The notes under the pieces: model-generated
The model's database searches: none
Seen by the model: the letters and a program-made list of their open reading frames with translations, nothing else
What the model was told of the DNA's origin: nothing
Translations under genes and position numbers: made by a program
Shown here: positions 41,770-51,420 of the stretch, in pieces
Layout: each line of letters opens with the position of its first letter
How positions within the stretch are numbered: position 1 is the stretch's first letter
Source of the DNA: an uncultured delta proteobacterium
GTDB taxonomy: Bacteria > Myxococcota_A > Polyangia > Fen-1088
Reading direction: 5' to 3'
Assembly: GCA_963767925.1 (NCBI GenBank)
Contig: CAVYGB010000002.1
Location: 896,001 to 960,000 of the forward strand
Length of the DNA: 64,000 bases

Positions 41770-42022
41770 GTGGGCTCCTTGTCCTTGTCGGGTCCTTCTC
41801 GGGAAGCGGGGCGTAGATTAACGCCAGCCGAGGGGGCGGCCGGGGATCCTTTTTCACCGTCCGTGACCCGCCGCAATTTCCGGAAAGGTTCCCGGCGCGA
41901 GGGGCGGGAGCCAGTCCGAGGACATGGGCAGAGCCATCTTGCGGTGGAGCGGCGCGGCTGGCGCGGACATGGTGACAGCGGGGTCCGCTCGTGTAAAACA
42001 GCGACCGAAAGAGGCCTGGAAC

Positions 42023-43234
42023 GTGGCAAGAACGCAGCACGACCTGGTGATCGTCGGGGGCGGGCCGGCCGGCCTGTCCCTGGCGCTGCATCTGGCCCAG
42101 CACGCCCCGACGCTGGCCGAGCGGACCGTCGTCCTCGAGCGGGCGCGTTATCCGCGGGAGAAATATTGCGCGGGGGCGATCGGGGCGCGGGGCCTGCGCT
42201 GCCTCGACGCGATCGGGGCGCGGCCCGACGTGCCGATGTTGCCGATCGACGCGGTCGACTTCGCCTTCGGGGGGCGCACGCACACCGTGCGCCTGCCCGG
42301 GCTGGGGGTTGTCGTGCGCCGCATCGCCTTCGACCACGCGCTGGCCCGGCTGGCGGTGGCGCGGGGGATCGACCTGCGCGAAGAGGCGGAGGTGCGCTCG
42401 GTCGAGCTGCACGACGCGGGGGCGCGCGTGCACCTGGCCAGCGGCGAGGTCCTGCACGCCCGGGCGGTGGCCGGCGCCGACGGCGTGCGGGGCGTGACCC
42501 GACGGACGACCGGGTTCTCGCGGGGACGGCTGCGCGCGCAGGTTGTCGAGGTCGACACCGAGCGGGTGGCCGGCGATCCGGCGGCCGACACGCTGCTCTT
42601 CGACTTCTCCGACCAGGGCATGGTCGGGTACGTCTGGGACTTTCCCACGCTCGTCGACGGGCGCTCGATGATCTGCCGGGGGGCCTACGTCGTGGGGGGC
42701 GACCCGCTCGGGCCCCGGGCCCACCTCGAGCGGCACCTGGCCCGCAAGGGGCTCGACATCGGGAAGTACAAGGTCAAGCCCTTCGCCGAGCGGGGGCTCG
42801 ACCGCCGCGAGCCGATCGCGCGCCCGCACCTGCTGCTGGTGGGGGAGGCGGCCGGCATCGACATCTCCACCGGCGAGGGCATCGCCCAGGGGCTGCGCTT
42901 CGGGGCCCAGGCCGCCCGCTACCTGGCCGAGCGGTTCGCGCGCGACGACCTCGGCTTCGCCGACTGGCAGCCACAGCTCCTGGCCAGCGAGGAGGGGCGC
43001 CTGGTGCACCACCGCCACCTCGTCGCCCGCTTCCTGTTCGGCGACCAGCGCCCGCACATCGAGCGGCTGGGCCACCTCAACCCGGCCCTCATGGAGATCG
43101 GCGTGCGCCGCTTTGCCGGACGGCACACCCCCCGGCGCCTGGCCCTGTCCGCCGCCCTCGGCGTCGCCCGCTGGTCGCTCGGCGGCGGCGCCCGCGCGCT
43201 GGCCCGCTCCAGCGGCCACCCGCCCGGCCTGTAG
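42023..43234 (+). CDS. Geranylgeranyl reductase-like FAD-dependent oxidoreductase
   Basis: DLVIVGGGPAG, YPREKYCAGAI, RIAFDHAL, GADG, GYVWDFP, LVGEAAG...GEGI. Confidence 0.85.
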   Translation: MARTQHDLVIVGGGPAGLSLALHLAQHAPTLAERTVVLERARYPREKYCAGAIGARGLRCLDAIGARPDVPMLPIDAVDFAFGGRTHTVRLPGLGVVVRRIAFDHALARLAVARGIDLREEAEVRSVELHDAGARVHLASGEVLHARAVAGADGVRGVTRRTTGFSRGRLRAQVVEVDTERVAGDPAADTLLFDFSDQGMVGYVWDFPTLVDGRSMICRGAYVVGGDPLGPRAHLERHLARKGLDIGKYKVKPFAERGLDRREPIARPHLLLVGEAAGIDISTGEGIAQGLRFGAQAARYLAERFARDDLGFADWQPQLLASEEGRLVHHRHLVARFLFGDQRPHIERLGHLNPALMEIGVRRFAGRHTPRRLALSAALGVARWSLGGGARALARSSGHPPGL

Positions 43235-43244
43235 CGGGCCGTGG

Positions 43245-43329
43245 ATGAAGTGACGTTGTCGTCCGCCTTGGCGACGAACTCGATTCCCGCCTGGTACACG
43301 TCCAGCTTCTCGTGATCGAAATGGCCCAT
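43245..43329 (-). pseudogene. 5' stub of a four-helix-bundle (23S rRNA IVP family) protein
   Basis: MGHFDHEKLDVYQAGIEFVAKADD is the typical N-terminus; similarity stops after about 25 codons. Confidence 0.75.
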
Positions 43330-43361
43330 TCCCTGTTTTCGGCCAGCGCCTTCTCAGGTTG

Positions 43362-43412
43362 CGGGTACGGGGCACGGGTCCGGGAACGGGAACGGGAACG
43401 GGAACGGGAACG
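43362..43412. repeat. Hexamer microsatellite (CGGGAA)5 with degenerate CGGGNN units
   Basis: cgggtacggggcacgggtccgggaacgggaacgggaacgggaacgggaacg. Confidence 0.9.
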
Positions 43413-43572
43413 ATCGGGGCCAGACACCCTGTTCGCGGCGTCTCGACGGCGGCGCCCCGCTGGTGAATAATCCCGGCTAGGGTCGCTGCCGCGGCGGGGC
43501 GCGACGCCCCCCGCCAGAGGGGGCGCGCTTTCCCTCCCCGCGGCGACCGGGCTGAGGCATTCTCTGCGCCCC

Positions 43573-44628
43573 ATGGCCCGTCACAAGATCGCCCTCATCC
43601 CGGGCGACGGCATCGGCACCGAGGTGGTCCCCGAGGGGGTGCGCGTGCTCGAGGCCGCCGCCCGCAAGTTCGACCTGAGCTTCGACTGGCTGGAGCTGCC
43701 CTGGAGCTGCCAGTATTACGCCCGCCACGGGCGGATGATGCCCGAGGACGGCTTCGACCAGATCCGCCACCACGACGCCATCTACCTCGGCGCGGTCGGG
43801 TTTCCGGGGGTGCCGGATCACGTGTCGCTGTGGGGGCTGCTGATCCCGATCCGGCGGCGGTTCGAGCAATACGTGAACCTGCGGCCGGTGAACCTGTTTC
43901 CCGGCATCACCTCGCCGCTGGCCGGGCGCAAGCCGGGGGACATCGACTTTTACGTGGTCCGCGAGAACAACGAGGGGGAATACTCCTCGATCGGCGGGCG
44001 GCTGTACGAGGGCACCGACCACGAGATGGTGGTGCAGCAGACGGTGTTCACCCGGCGGGGCGTCGACCGCATCCTGCGCTACGCCTTCGAGCTGGCCCGC
44101 AGCCGCCCCAAGAAACACCTCACCTCCGCCACCAAGTCCAACGGCATCGCCATCACGATGCCCTTCTGGGACGAGCGGTTCAAGGCGATCGCCGCCGAAT
44201 ACCCCGACGTGCGGGTCGACCAGTACCACGTCGACATCCTCACCGCGCACTTCGTGCAGCACCCCGACTGGTTCGACGTTGTGGTGGGGTCGAACCTGTT
44301 CGGCGACATCCTGTCGGACCTGGGGCCGGCCGTGTGCGGGACCATCGGCATCGCCCCCTCGGCCAACCTGAACCCGGAGCGGGAGTACCCCTCGATGTTC
44401 GAGCCGGTGCACGGGTCGGCGCCCGACATTGCGGGCAAGGGGATCGCCAACCCGATCGGGCAGATCTGGTCGGGGGCGCTGATGCTCGAGCACCTGGGGC
44501 ACCCTCAGGCGGCCGCCGCGGTGATGGCCGCCATCGCCCACGTGGTGAAGGAGGGGCCGCGCACGCCCGACATGGGCGGCAAGGCCAGCACCCGGGAGCT
44601 GGGCGAGGCGATCGCGCGCGCGGTCTGA
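43573..44628 (+). CDS. ttuC: Tartrate dehydrogenase / D-malate dehydrogenase (decarboxylating)
   Basis: IPGDGIGTEV, VPDHVSLWGLLIPIRRRFEQYVNLRP, RENNEGEYS, SATKSNG, SNLFGDILSDL, FEPVHGSAPDIAG. Confidence 0.92.
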   Translation: MARHKIALIPGDGIGTEVVPEGVRVLEAAARKFDLSFDWLELPWSCQYYARHGRMMPEDGFDQIRHHDAIYLGAVGFPGVPDHVSLWGLLIPIRRRFEQYVNLRPVNLFPGITSPLAGRKPGDIDFYVVRENNEGEYSSIGGRLYEGTDHEMVVQQTVFTRRGVDRILRYAFELARSRPKKHLTSATKSNGIAITMPFWDERFKAIAAEYPDVRVDQYHVDILTAHFVQHPDWFDVVVGSNLFGDILSDLGPAVCGTIGIAPSANLNPEREYPSMFEPVHGSAPDIAGKGIANPIGQIWSGALMLEHLGHPQAAAAVMAAIAHVVKEGPRTPDMGGKASTRELGEAIARAV

Positions 44629-44634
44629 CCCGCC

Positions 44635-46122
44635 ATGATCGAGGCGGGCGAGCCGGCGGGCCGGCAAGACGGCGGTGACGGCGGCGGGATCAGCGCCCTG
44701 AAGCTGGGGCTGCCCCTGGCGGCGGGCCTGCTGCTGGTGGCGCTGCCCGCGCCGGCCGGGCTGACCGTCGAGGCCTGGCGCTTCTTCGCCCTGTTCGTGG
44801 CGGTGGTGCTGGCGATGATCACCGAGCCGCTGCCGGCGGGCGCGGTCGGCCTGCTGGGGGTGACGGTGGCCTCGGTGCTGGGGCTGGTCGGCAAGACCTC
44901 GAACGAGTCGGTGCGCTGGGCGCTGTCGGGCTTCGCCGACCCGACGGTCTGGCTGATCTTCGGGGCCTTCGTGTTCGCCACCGGCTACGAGCAGACGGGG
45001 CTGGGGCGGCGGATCGCGCTGGTCCTGGTCAAGCGGCTCGGAGGCCGCACCCTGGGGCTGGGCTACGCCATCGCCCTCACCGACCTGGCGCTGGCCCCCT
45101 TCACCCCCTCGAACACCGGGCGCAGCGCGGGGATCATCTTCCCCATCGTGCGCGGGCTGCCCGAGCTGTACGGGTCGACGCCTGGCCCCACCGCCCGCCG
45201 CATCGGCGCCTACCTGATGTGGACCAGCTTCGCCGCCACGGCGGTGACCAGCTCGATGTTCCTCACGGCGTCGGCCCCCAACCCGCTGGCCCTGTCGATC
45301 GTGAAGAAGACGGTCGGGCTGGCGCCGAGCTGGAGCACCTGGTTCCTGGGGTTCCTGCCGATCGGCCTGCTGCTGCTGGCCCTGGTTCCGCTGCTGACCT
45401 ACCTGATCTATCCGCCCGGGATCCGCATCAGCCGGGAGGTGCCGGCCTGGGCCGGGCAGGAGCTGGCGCGCATGGGGCCGCTGTCCCGGGGCGAGCTCAC
45501 CATGGCGGCGCTGGTGCTGCTGGCCCTCGGGCTCTGGATCTTCGGGGGCGAGCGGATCCACGCCACCCAGACCGTGCTGATCGTCGTGGGGCTGCTGCTC
45601 GCCCTCCGGGTGGTGAAGTGGGATCAGCTCCTGGGGCAGCGGGGGGCCTGGAACGTCCTCATCTGGTTCGCGACGCTGCTGACCCTCGCCGACGGCCTGT
45701 CCCGGGTGGGGTTCGTGGCCTGGATGGCGCCGCGGGCGGCGGCCGTGCTGCAGCCGCTGCCGCTGCCGCTCGTGCTGGCGGCGTTCGTCCTGCTGTTCTT
45801 CTTCTCGCACTACCTGTTCGCCAGCCTGGTGGCCCACACGACCGCCCTGCTGCCGGTGGTGCTGGCGGCGGCGCTGGCCCTGCCGGGCGTGCCCCTGCCG
45901 AAGCTGACCCTGCTGCTCTGCTATTCGATCGGGCTGATGGGGGTGCTGCACCCCTACGCCACCGGGCCGGCGGTCGTGTACTTCGGCAGCGGGTTCATCT
46001 CCCGGCGGGCCTTCTGGCTGCTGGGCCTGGTGTTCGGGACGATCTTCATCGTGGCGCTCGTGGTGCTCGGCAACCTCTGGCTGGGGATCGCGCCGATCGC
46101 GGTCGAGCCGGCGCAACCCTAG
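44635..46122 (+). CDS. DASS family di/tricarboxylate (anion) transporter
   Basis: WALSGF..TVWLIFGAF, TGLGRRIAL, TLGLGYAI, PFTPSNTGRSAG, TSSMFLTA.APN, HYLFAS, PYATGP. Confidence 0.93.
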   Translation: MIEAGEPAGRQDGGDGGGISALKLGLPLAAGLLLVALPAPAGLTVEAWRFFALFVAVVLAMITEPLPAGAVGLLGVTVASVLGLVGKTSNESVRWALSGFADPTVWLIFGAFVFATGYEQTGLGRRIALVLVKRLGGRTLGLGYAIALTDLALAPFTPSNTGRSAGIIFPIVRGLPELYGSTPGPTARRIGAYLMWTSFAATAVTSSMFLTASAPNPLALSIVKKTVGLAPSWSTWFLGFLPIGLLLLALVPLLTYLIYPPGIRISREVPAWAGQELARMGPLSRGELTMAALVLLALGLWIFGGERIHATQTVLIVVGLLLALRVVKWDQLLGQRGAWNVLIWFATLLTLADGLSRVGFVAWMAPRAAAVLQPLPLPLVLAAFVLLFFFSHYLFASLVAHTTALLPVVLAAALALPGVPLPKLTLLLCYSIGLMGVLHPYATGPAVVYFGSGFISRRAFWLLGLVFGTIFIVALVVLGNLWLGIAPIAVEPAQP

Positions 46123-46460
46123 GCGGGCGCCGATGCCGCGCGCGCACGCTGGCGCTGTTCGCCGCGGTCTTCGGCGGGTCCCCCAGCGGCAGCGGTGACC
46201 GTGCGGCCGCTGCCGGCGCCGGCCTGCACCTTCGGCGAGGTGCCCATCAGCTTGCTGGCCGCCGCCGGGGAGCGCGGGGCGCTGGGCGCGCAGGTGTACA
46301 CGATCGAGGAGGCGCGCTCCCGGCGGGGGCGGAACGTGACCCTGGCGGCGGGTCGCTGCTGGCCGAGCAGTGGGCGGTCTACGATTCGTCGCCCTGATCT
46401 TCGGGCACCACGATTTACGATTCGCTGCTCCAGCCCGCCGTCGCGGCGATCCCGCGGTTA

Positions 46461-47069
46461 GAGTGAGCCGCTGAAACCTGTGAATTACGCACGAGAGGCA
46501 GCGTTGAAGGCAATCAGCGCACAGGCGAGCCGAACGAAGGCTAAGTAATTCTCGGCTTTGCGTTCCCAGCGGATGAGAAGACCTCGATATCGGTTGTGCC
46601 AGCTGTTGGTGCGCTCGACCACCCAGCGTCGCGGCCTACCGTGAACACAGCCGACCAGTGGTGGTTCGCCTCGCCGGCGGATGTGAGGAACGATTCGACG
46701 GCGGCGAACCTCCTGCTCACAGTCGGCGTAGTCGTAGCCTTTGTCGAGGCACAAGTTCTTGGGGCGACGTGGACCACGAGGGCCCCGCAGGACCATGGCA
46801 TCCAGGGTCTGGCCCACCATCCACTTGTCGTGCACGTTCGCCCCTGTGATGGTGACGGTTTCGTGTCCGTGTGTGGTGAGCGTGTTCGGCCCGCGGGCCT
46901 CGGCTCGCGTGATTTACGCGCACCGAGAGCCGCCTGGCCGCTCAACGCTCGCCCCACACGAACTCGAACACGAACACGCGCTCGAACACGCCCACGAGCA
47001 CGCGTCCCGGCCTCGATACCTCGTTTCGCCCATCGGCGCAAATTCTCCACAGGTTTCAGCGGCTGGCTC
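46461..47069 (-). mobile_element. Internally deleted IS5-family element (IS1031-like ends), 609 bp
   Basis: IRs GAGTGAGCCGCTGAAACCTGTG / CACAGGTTTCAGCGGCTGGCTC (20 of 22 match); TTA on both flanks; transposase C-terminus inside. Confidence 0.88.
46485..46853 (-). pseudogene. C-terminal fragment of an IS5 DDE transposase
   Basis: ITGANVHD, CLDKGYD, RRWVVERTNSWHNRYRGLLIRWERKAENYLAFV. Confidence 0.9.
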
Positions 47070-47145
47070 TTAGCCGCCGAGTAACGGGACCGGACCGTTG
47101 CTCCTCCCTACAACGCCCGCATGAACCGCGCCTGCCCTCGACCTG

Positions 47146-48792
47146 TCAGCGGGGCGGGCGGGTGAGGAGGGTGCCGGGGCGGGTGGGGGTGGGGCGGCCC
47201 TGGGTGAGGACGGGGTGGCCGTTGATGAGGACGTGGGCGATGCCGGTGGGGTAGCGCTGGGGGCGCGGGTAGGTGGCGGTGTCGGTGATGTGGCGAGGGT
47301 CGAAGATGGTGAGGTCGGCCCAGTGGTCGGGGCGGACCAGGCCGCGGTCGGTGAGGCCGACCTTGGCGGCGTTGGCGGAGGTCATCTTGCGGATGGCCTC
47401 TTCCAGGGAGAGGAGCTTCTGCTCGCGCACGTAGCGGGCGAGGACGCGGGGGAAGGTGCCGAAGGCGCGGGGGTGGGGGCGGCCGGCGGCGAGGGGGCCG
47501 GCGGTGGCGAGGGCGCTGGCGGACGAGCCGACCGAGACGAAGGGCCGGGCCAGGGCGGCGGTCATGTCGGGCTCGGTGTGGTGAAAGTAGACGGTGGTGA
47601 TGCTGCCGGCGTTGGCCAGCAGCAGGTCGAACAGCACGTCGGTCGGCTTGCCACCGAGGGTGGCGATGACCTCGCTCATGCGTTTGCCTTCGAAGCGGCG
47701 GTGGGCGGGGGCGCTCAGGGCGACGAGCAACATGCCCTCCCAGCTCCCGATGGCGGTGAGGTGGTTGTACCAGCCGGGCAAGCCCTCGAGCACGTCGCGC
47801 TCGAGGCGCGGCCGCAGGCTGGGGTCGCGCAGGCGGGCCAGCATGGCGGCGGTGCCGCCCTCCTGGGCCCAGGGCGGGATGAGGGCGGCGAGGTTGGCCT
47901 GGCCGGCGTGGTAGGGGTAGACGTTCGCCTGCACGTCGACGCCGCGGGCGCGGGCCGCTGCCAGGCGGGCGAGCACCTCGGGCATCTGGCCCCAGAGGCG
48001 ACGCTCGGCGATCTTCAGGTGCAGGATCTCGACCGGGACGCCGGCGCGCCGGCCGATCTCCAGGGCCTCGTCGAGGGCGGCGAAGACGCCCTCCCCTTCG
48101 CTGCGCAGGTGGGCGGCGTAGAGGCCGCCGAAGGGGGCGGCTGCGCGACACATCGCCACCAGGGTGTCGGTGTCGATGAAGCTGCCAGGGGGCGCGCTCA
48201 GCCAGGTCGACACGCCGAGGGCGCCCTGCTCCATGGCCGTCTTCACCAGGGCCTGCATCTGCCCCTGCTCGGCGGCGCTGGCCGGGCCGGCGCGCGGGCC
48301 GTGCACCTGGGCCCATACCTGGCTGGCGTTCACGAGCGTGCCGACGTTCGGCACGATCCCGTCTCGCAGCAGGCGGGCGAAGAAGTCCCGCAGCTCCGGG
48401 AAGGCCGGGCTGGGGGCGCCCGATCCGGCCTCGCCGAGGATCAGCGAGGTCACGCCCTGCCGGACCATGCTCTCGGCCCGCCCGTCGACAAGCAAGGCCT
48501 CGCCGGCGTGGCTGCCGATGTCGATGAAGCCGGGCGCCACCACCAGCCCCGTGGCGTCGAGGGTGCGCCCGGCGGTCTTGCCCGCCAGCCGCCCGAGGGC
48601 GACGATCTTGCCCCCGCGGATCCCGACGTCGGCGACGAACGCGGGGTTCCCGGTCCCGTCGACGATGCGCCCCCCGCGGACGAGGAGGTCGAAGTCCGTC
48701 GCGCCGGCCGCCGCCGACGCCGGTCGCGGGAGCGCCAGCGCCACGACCATCCCCAGGCCCATCGAGAGGAGCGACCGCTGTGCGCCTGTCAT
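47146..48792 (-). CDS. Exported N-acyl-D-amino-acid deacylase family amidohydrolase (active-site substitutions)
   Basis: DLLVRGGRIVDGTG, VVAPGFID, QGVTS, HLRSE, HPRAFGTFPRVL, SLEEAIRKMTS, ADLTIFDP. Confidence 0.88.
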   Translation of the reverse strand: MTGAQRSLLSMGLGMVVALALPRPASAAAGATDFDLLVRGGRIVDGTGNPAFVADVGIRGGKIVALGRLAGKTAGRTLDATGLVVAPGFIDIGSHAGEALLVDGRAESMVRQGVTSLILGEAGSGAPSPAFPELRDFFARLLRDGIVPNVGTLVNASQVWAQVHGPRAGPASAAEQGQMQALVKTAMEQGALGVSTWLSAPPGSFIDTDTLVAMCRAAAPFGGLYAAHLRSEGEGVFAALDEALEIGRRAGVPVEILHLKIAERRLWGQMPEVLARLAAARARGVDVQANVYPYHAGQANLAALIPPWAQEGGTAAMLARLRDPSLRPRLERDVLEGLPGWYNHLTAIGSWEGMLLVALSAPAHRRFEGKRMSEVIATLGGKPTDVLFDLLLANAGSITTVYFHHTEPDMTAALARPFVSVGSSASALATAGPLAAGRPHPRAFGTFPRVLARYVREQKLLSLEEAIRKMTSANAAKVGLTDRGLVRPDHWADLTIFDPRHITDTATYPRPQRYPTGIAHVLINGHPVLTQGRPTPTRPGTLLTRPPR

Positions 48793-48980
48793 GACCACCG
48801 GGGACCGTACCACGCCTCCCCCCTCCCCAACGCCTCGCCCACCCGCTCGAGGACGAGGAGCGACGTCATGGCGAAGGCGAGCCAGGGCGGCGCCCGCTCG
48901 AGCAGCGGCCGGAGGCGGGGGCCGGCCCGGGCGGAAGCAACCGCCAGCGCCACCTCCGCCCGCTCGAAGGCCTGATCGGT

Positions 48981-51278
48981 TCAGGCCGGGGGGGTGGGGC
49001 TGCCGTTGCGGCCCTGGACCCGGTCCATCACCTCGGCCTGGGCGCTGCGGTGGACCTGGCCGCCGGGGGTGGGACGGCGGGCGTAGAGGCCATCCTGGGA
49101 CATCTCGTAGGCGCAGCCGCGATCGGCGCGCAGCGGCCCGATCACCTCCTGCCGGATCTGGTCGCGCAGCCGCTCGGCTTCGACCGGGAACAGCACCTCG
49201 ACCCGGCGCTCGAGGTTGCGCGGCATCCAGTCGGCGGAGGAGAGGAAAAAGCTCTCCCGTCCCGCCGCCCCGAAGACGAAGACCCGCTCGTGCTCGAGGA
49301 AGCGCCCCAGCACGGAGATCACCCGGATGTTGTCGGAGACCCCCGGCACGCCCGGGCGCAGACAGCAGATCCCGCGCACGCACAGCTCGATCGGCACCCC
49401 CGCCTGCGAGGCCCGGTAGAGGGCCTGGATGACCCGCACGTCGACCAGGGAGTTCATCTTGGCGAAGATGCCCGCGGGCCGGCCGGCCCGGGCCAGCTCG
49501 GCCTGCTGCTCGATGTGCCCGAGGATGCTCTCGGCCATGCCGGTGGGGGCCACCGCCAGCTTGCGGTAGCCGGTCTTCTTGCAGAACCCGGACAGGCCGT
49601 TGAACACCTCGGCCACGTCCTCGCCGATCTGACGGTCGGCGGTGAACAGCCCCAGATCGGTGTACAGGCGGGCGGTGCTGGCGTTGTAGTTGCCGGTGCC
49701 GAGGTGCACGTAGCGCTGCACGCCCTGGCCCTCCCGCCGCACCACCAGCACCATCTTTGCGTGCGTCTTCAGGGCGGCGTCCCCGTAAAAGACGTGGGCC
49801 CCGGCGTGCTCCAGGGTGCGGGCCCAGAGGATGTTGTTCTCCTCGTCGAAGCGGGCCTTGAGCTCGATCGAGACGGCGACCTCCTTGCGGTTCTCGGCCG
49901 CCCGCACCAGCGCCTTGATCGCCTCGGAGTTGGAGCCGGCCCGGTAGATCGTCATCTTGATGGCCAGCACCTGGGGGTCCTCGGCGGCCTGGCGGAGCAA
50001 GTCCAGCACCGGCGTGAACGAGTCGTAGGGGTGGTGCAGGAGGATGTCCTCCTTGCGGATGGCGGCGAACAGGTCGGCGACGTCGCGCAGCTCGAGCGGC
50101 AGGCGGGGGGTCAAGGGGGGGTCGCGCAGGTCGGGGCGGGGCAAGGTCGCCACCGCCATGAGGGCGGCCAGGCCCAGCGGACCGCTCGAGTCGTAGACGT
50201 CCTCGTCGTCGATCTCCAGCTTCTGCTTCAGCAGGCGGCGCATGCGGTCGGGGATGCCGCCGTCGATCTCCAGGCGGACGCAGGCCCCGAAGCGGCGGCG
50301 CCGCACCTCCCGGTCGACGATGGATAGCAGGTCCTGCGCCTCCTCCTCGATCTCGAGGTCCATGTCCCGGGTGACCCGGAAGGGGAAGCAGGCGATGATC
50401 TCCATCCCCGGAAACAGGTCCTCGAGGTTGGCGGCGATGAGCTGCTCGAGCGGCAGCAGGTCGTAGGCCCCGTCGGCGGAGGCGGGGGCGGGCGGGCCCT
50501 CGGCCGGGCCCAGGGTGCCGAGGTTGACGAAGCGGGGCAGGCTCTCGGGGACCTTGACCCGGGCGAACTTGCTCTCGCCGGTCTCGGGGTCGCGCGCCTC
50601 GATCGCCAGGGAGAGCGACAGGTTGGAGATGAAGGGGAAGGGGTGGCCGGGGTCGACGGCCAGCGGGGTGAGCACCGGGAAGACCGCGCGCCGGTAATAC
50701 TGGCAGGCCAGCTTCCTGGTCTCGGGGGGCAGCGTCTCCCAGTCGCGGATGTGGATGCGCTGCTGGGCCAGGGCCGGCAGGAGCTGGCTGGTGAACAGCC
50801 GGGTGGCGGTGTCCACCATGCGCCGGGTGGCCTGGGCGATGCGGTTGAGCTGGTCGCGCGGGCTCAGGCCGTCGGCGGTGTTGTCGACGACCGCCGCCTC
50901 GAGCTGCTCGTGCAGGCCCGAGACGCGGATCATGAAGAACTCGTCGAGGTTCGAGAAGAAGATCGCCAGGAACTTGACCCGCTCGAGCAGCGGCCAGCGC
51001 TCGAGCAGCGCCTCCTCGAGCACGCGCTCGTTGAAGCTGAGCCAGGAGACCTGGCGGTTGATGTACAGGGCGGGGTCGGAGAGATCCGGCGGGGCGGCGT
51101 CCTTCTCGACGGCGGGCCTGGCCGACTCGGTCTTCACCGACTCGGTCTTCACCGGCTCGGGGGCGGGCGGGCGAGGCGCGCGGCCGGCCGGCTTGCTCGC
51201 GCTGCTGGACGAGGCGGCAGGCGGGGCGGAGGACGTGGCGGCTGAGGCGGCGGGCGAGGAGGACGCGGGCTTGGACAT
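48981..51278 (-). CDS. ppk1: Polyphosphate kinase 1
   Basis: YINRQVSWLSFNERVL, NLDEFFMIRV, HPFPFISNLS, LLHHPYDSF, ELKARFDEENN, KTHAK, HLGTGNYN, GRFLEH, SADWMPRNL. Confidence 0.97.
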   Translation of the reverse strand: MSKPASSSPAASAATSSAPPAASSSSASKPAGRAPRPPAPEPVKTESVKTESARPAVEKDAAPPDLSDPALYINRQVSWLSFNERVLEEALLERWPLLERVKFLAIFFSNLDEFFMIRVSGLHEQLEAAVVDNTADGLSPRDQLNRIAQATRRMVDTATRLFTSQLLPALAQQRIHIRDWETLPPETRKLACQYYRRAVFPVLTPLAVDPGHPFPFISNLSLSLAIEARDPETGESKFARVKVPESLPRFVNLGTLGPAEGPPAPASADGAYDLLPLEQLIAANLEDLFPGMEIIACFPFRVTRDMDLEIEEEAQDLLSIVDREVRRRRFGACVRLEIDGGIPDRMRRLLKQKLEIDDEDVYDSSGPLGLAALMAVATLPRPDLRDPPLTPRLPLELRDVADLFAAIRKEDILLHHPYDSFTPVLDLLRQAAEDPQVLAIKMTIYRAGSNSEAIKALVRAAENRKEVAVSIELKARFDEENNILWARTLEHAGAHVFYGDAALKTHAKMVLVVRREGQGVQRYVHLGTGNYNASTARLYTDLGLFTADRQIGEDVAEVFNGLSGFCKKTGYRKLAVAPTGMAESILGHIEQQAELARAGRPAGIFAKMNSLVDVRVIQALYRASQAGVPIELCVRGICCLRPGVPGVSDNIRVISVLGRFLEHERVFVFGAAGRESFFLSSADWMPRNLERRVEVLFPVEAERLRDQIRQEVIGPLRADRGCAYEMSQDGLYARRPTPGGQVHRSAQAEVMDRVQGRNGSPTPPA

Positions 51279-51420
51279 CGGCGGCACCAGTCGCAGGCTA
51301 GCAGCCGCTGGCGCCGGCCCTGTGGGGCGGTTCGGCAACAAAGGGGCAGTCCCGTCCGGACCACGCCCGAGCGCGCGGCCCAGGTGAAGCGGCGCGCCTG
51401 CCGCTCGGGGGGCGGGCGGG

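Noticed and set aside
38923..43375. Very long ORFs (1441 aa +, 1033 aa -) and similar ones at 26393, 35575, 5161, 8871
   Set aside because: Shadow or antisense frames of real genes in high-GC DNA; Arg/Gly/Pro-rich with no motifs
46123..46460. Gene between the DASS transporter and the IS element
   Set aside because: Coding-like fragments in mixed frames with no start or family I can recognise
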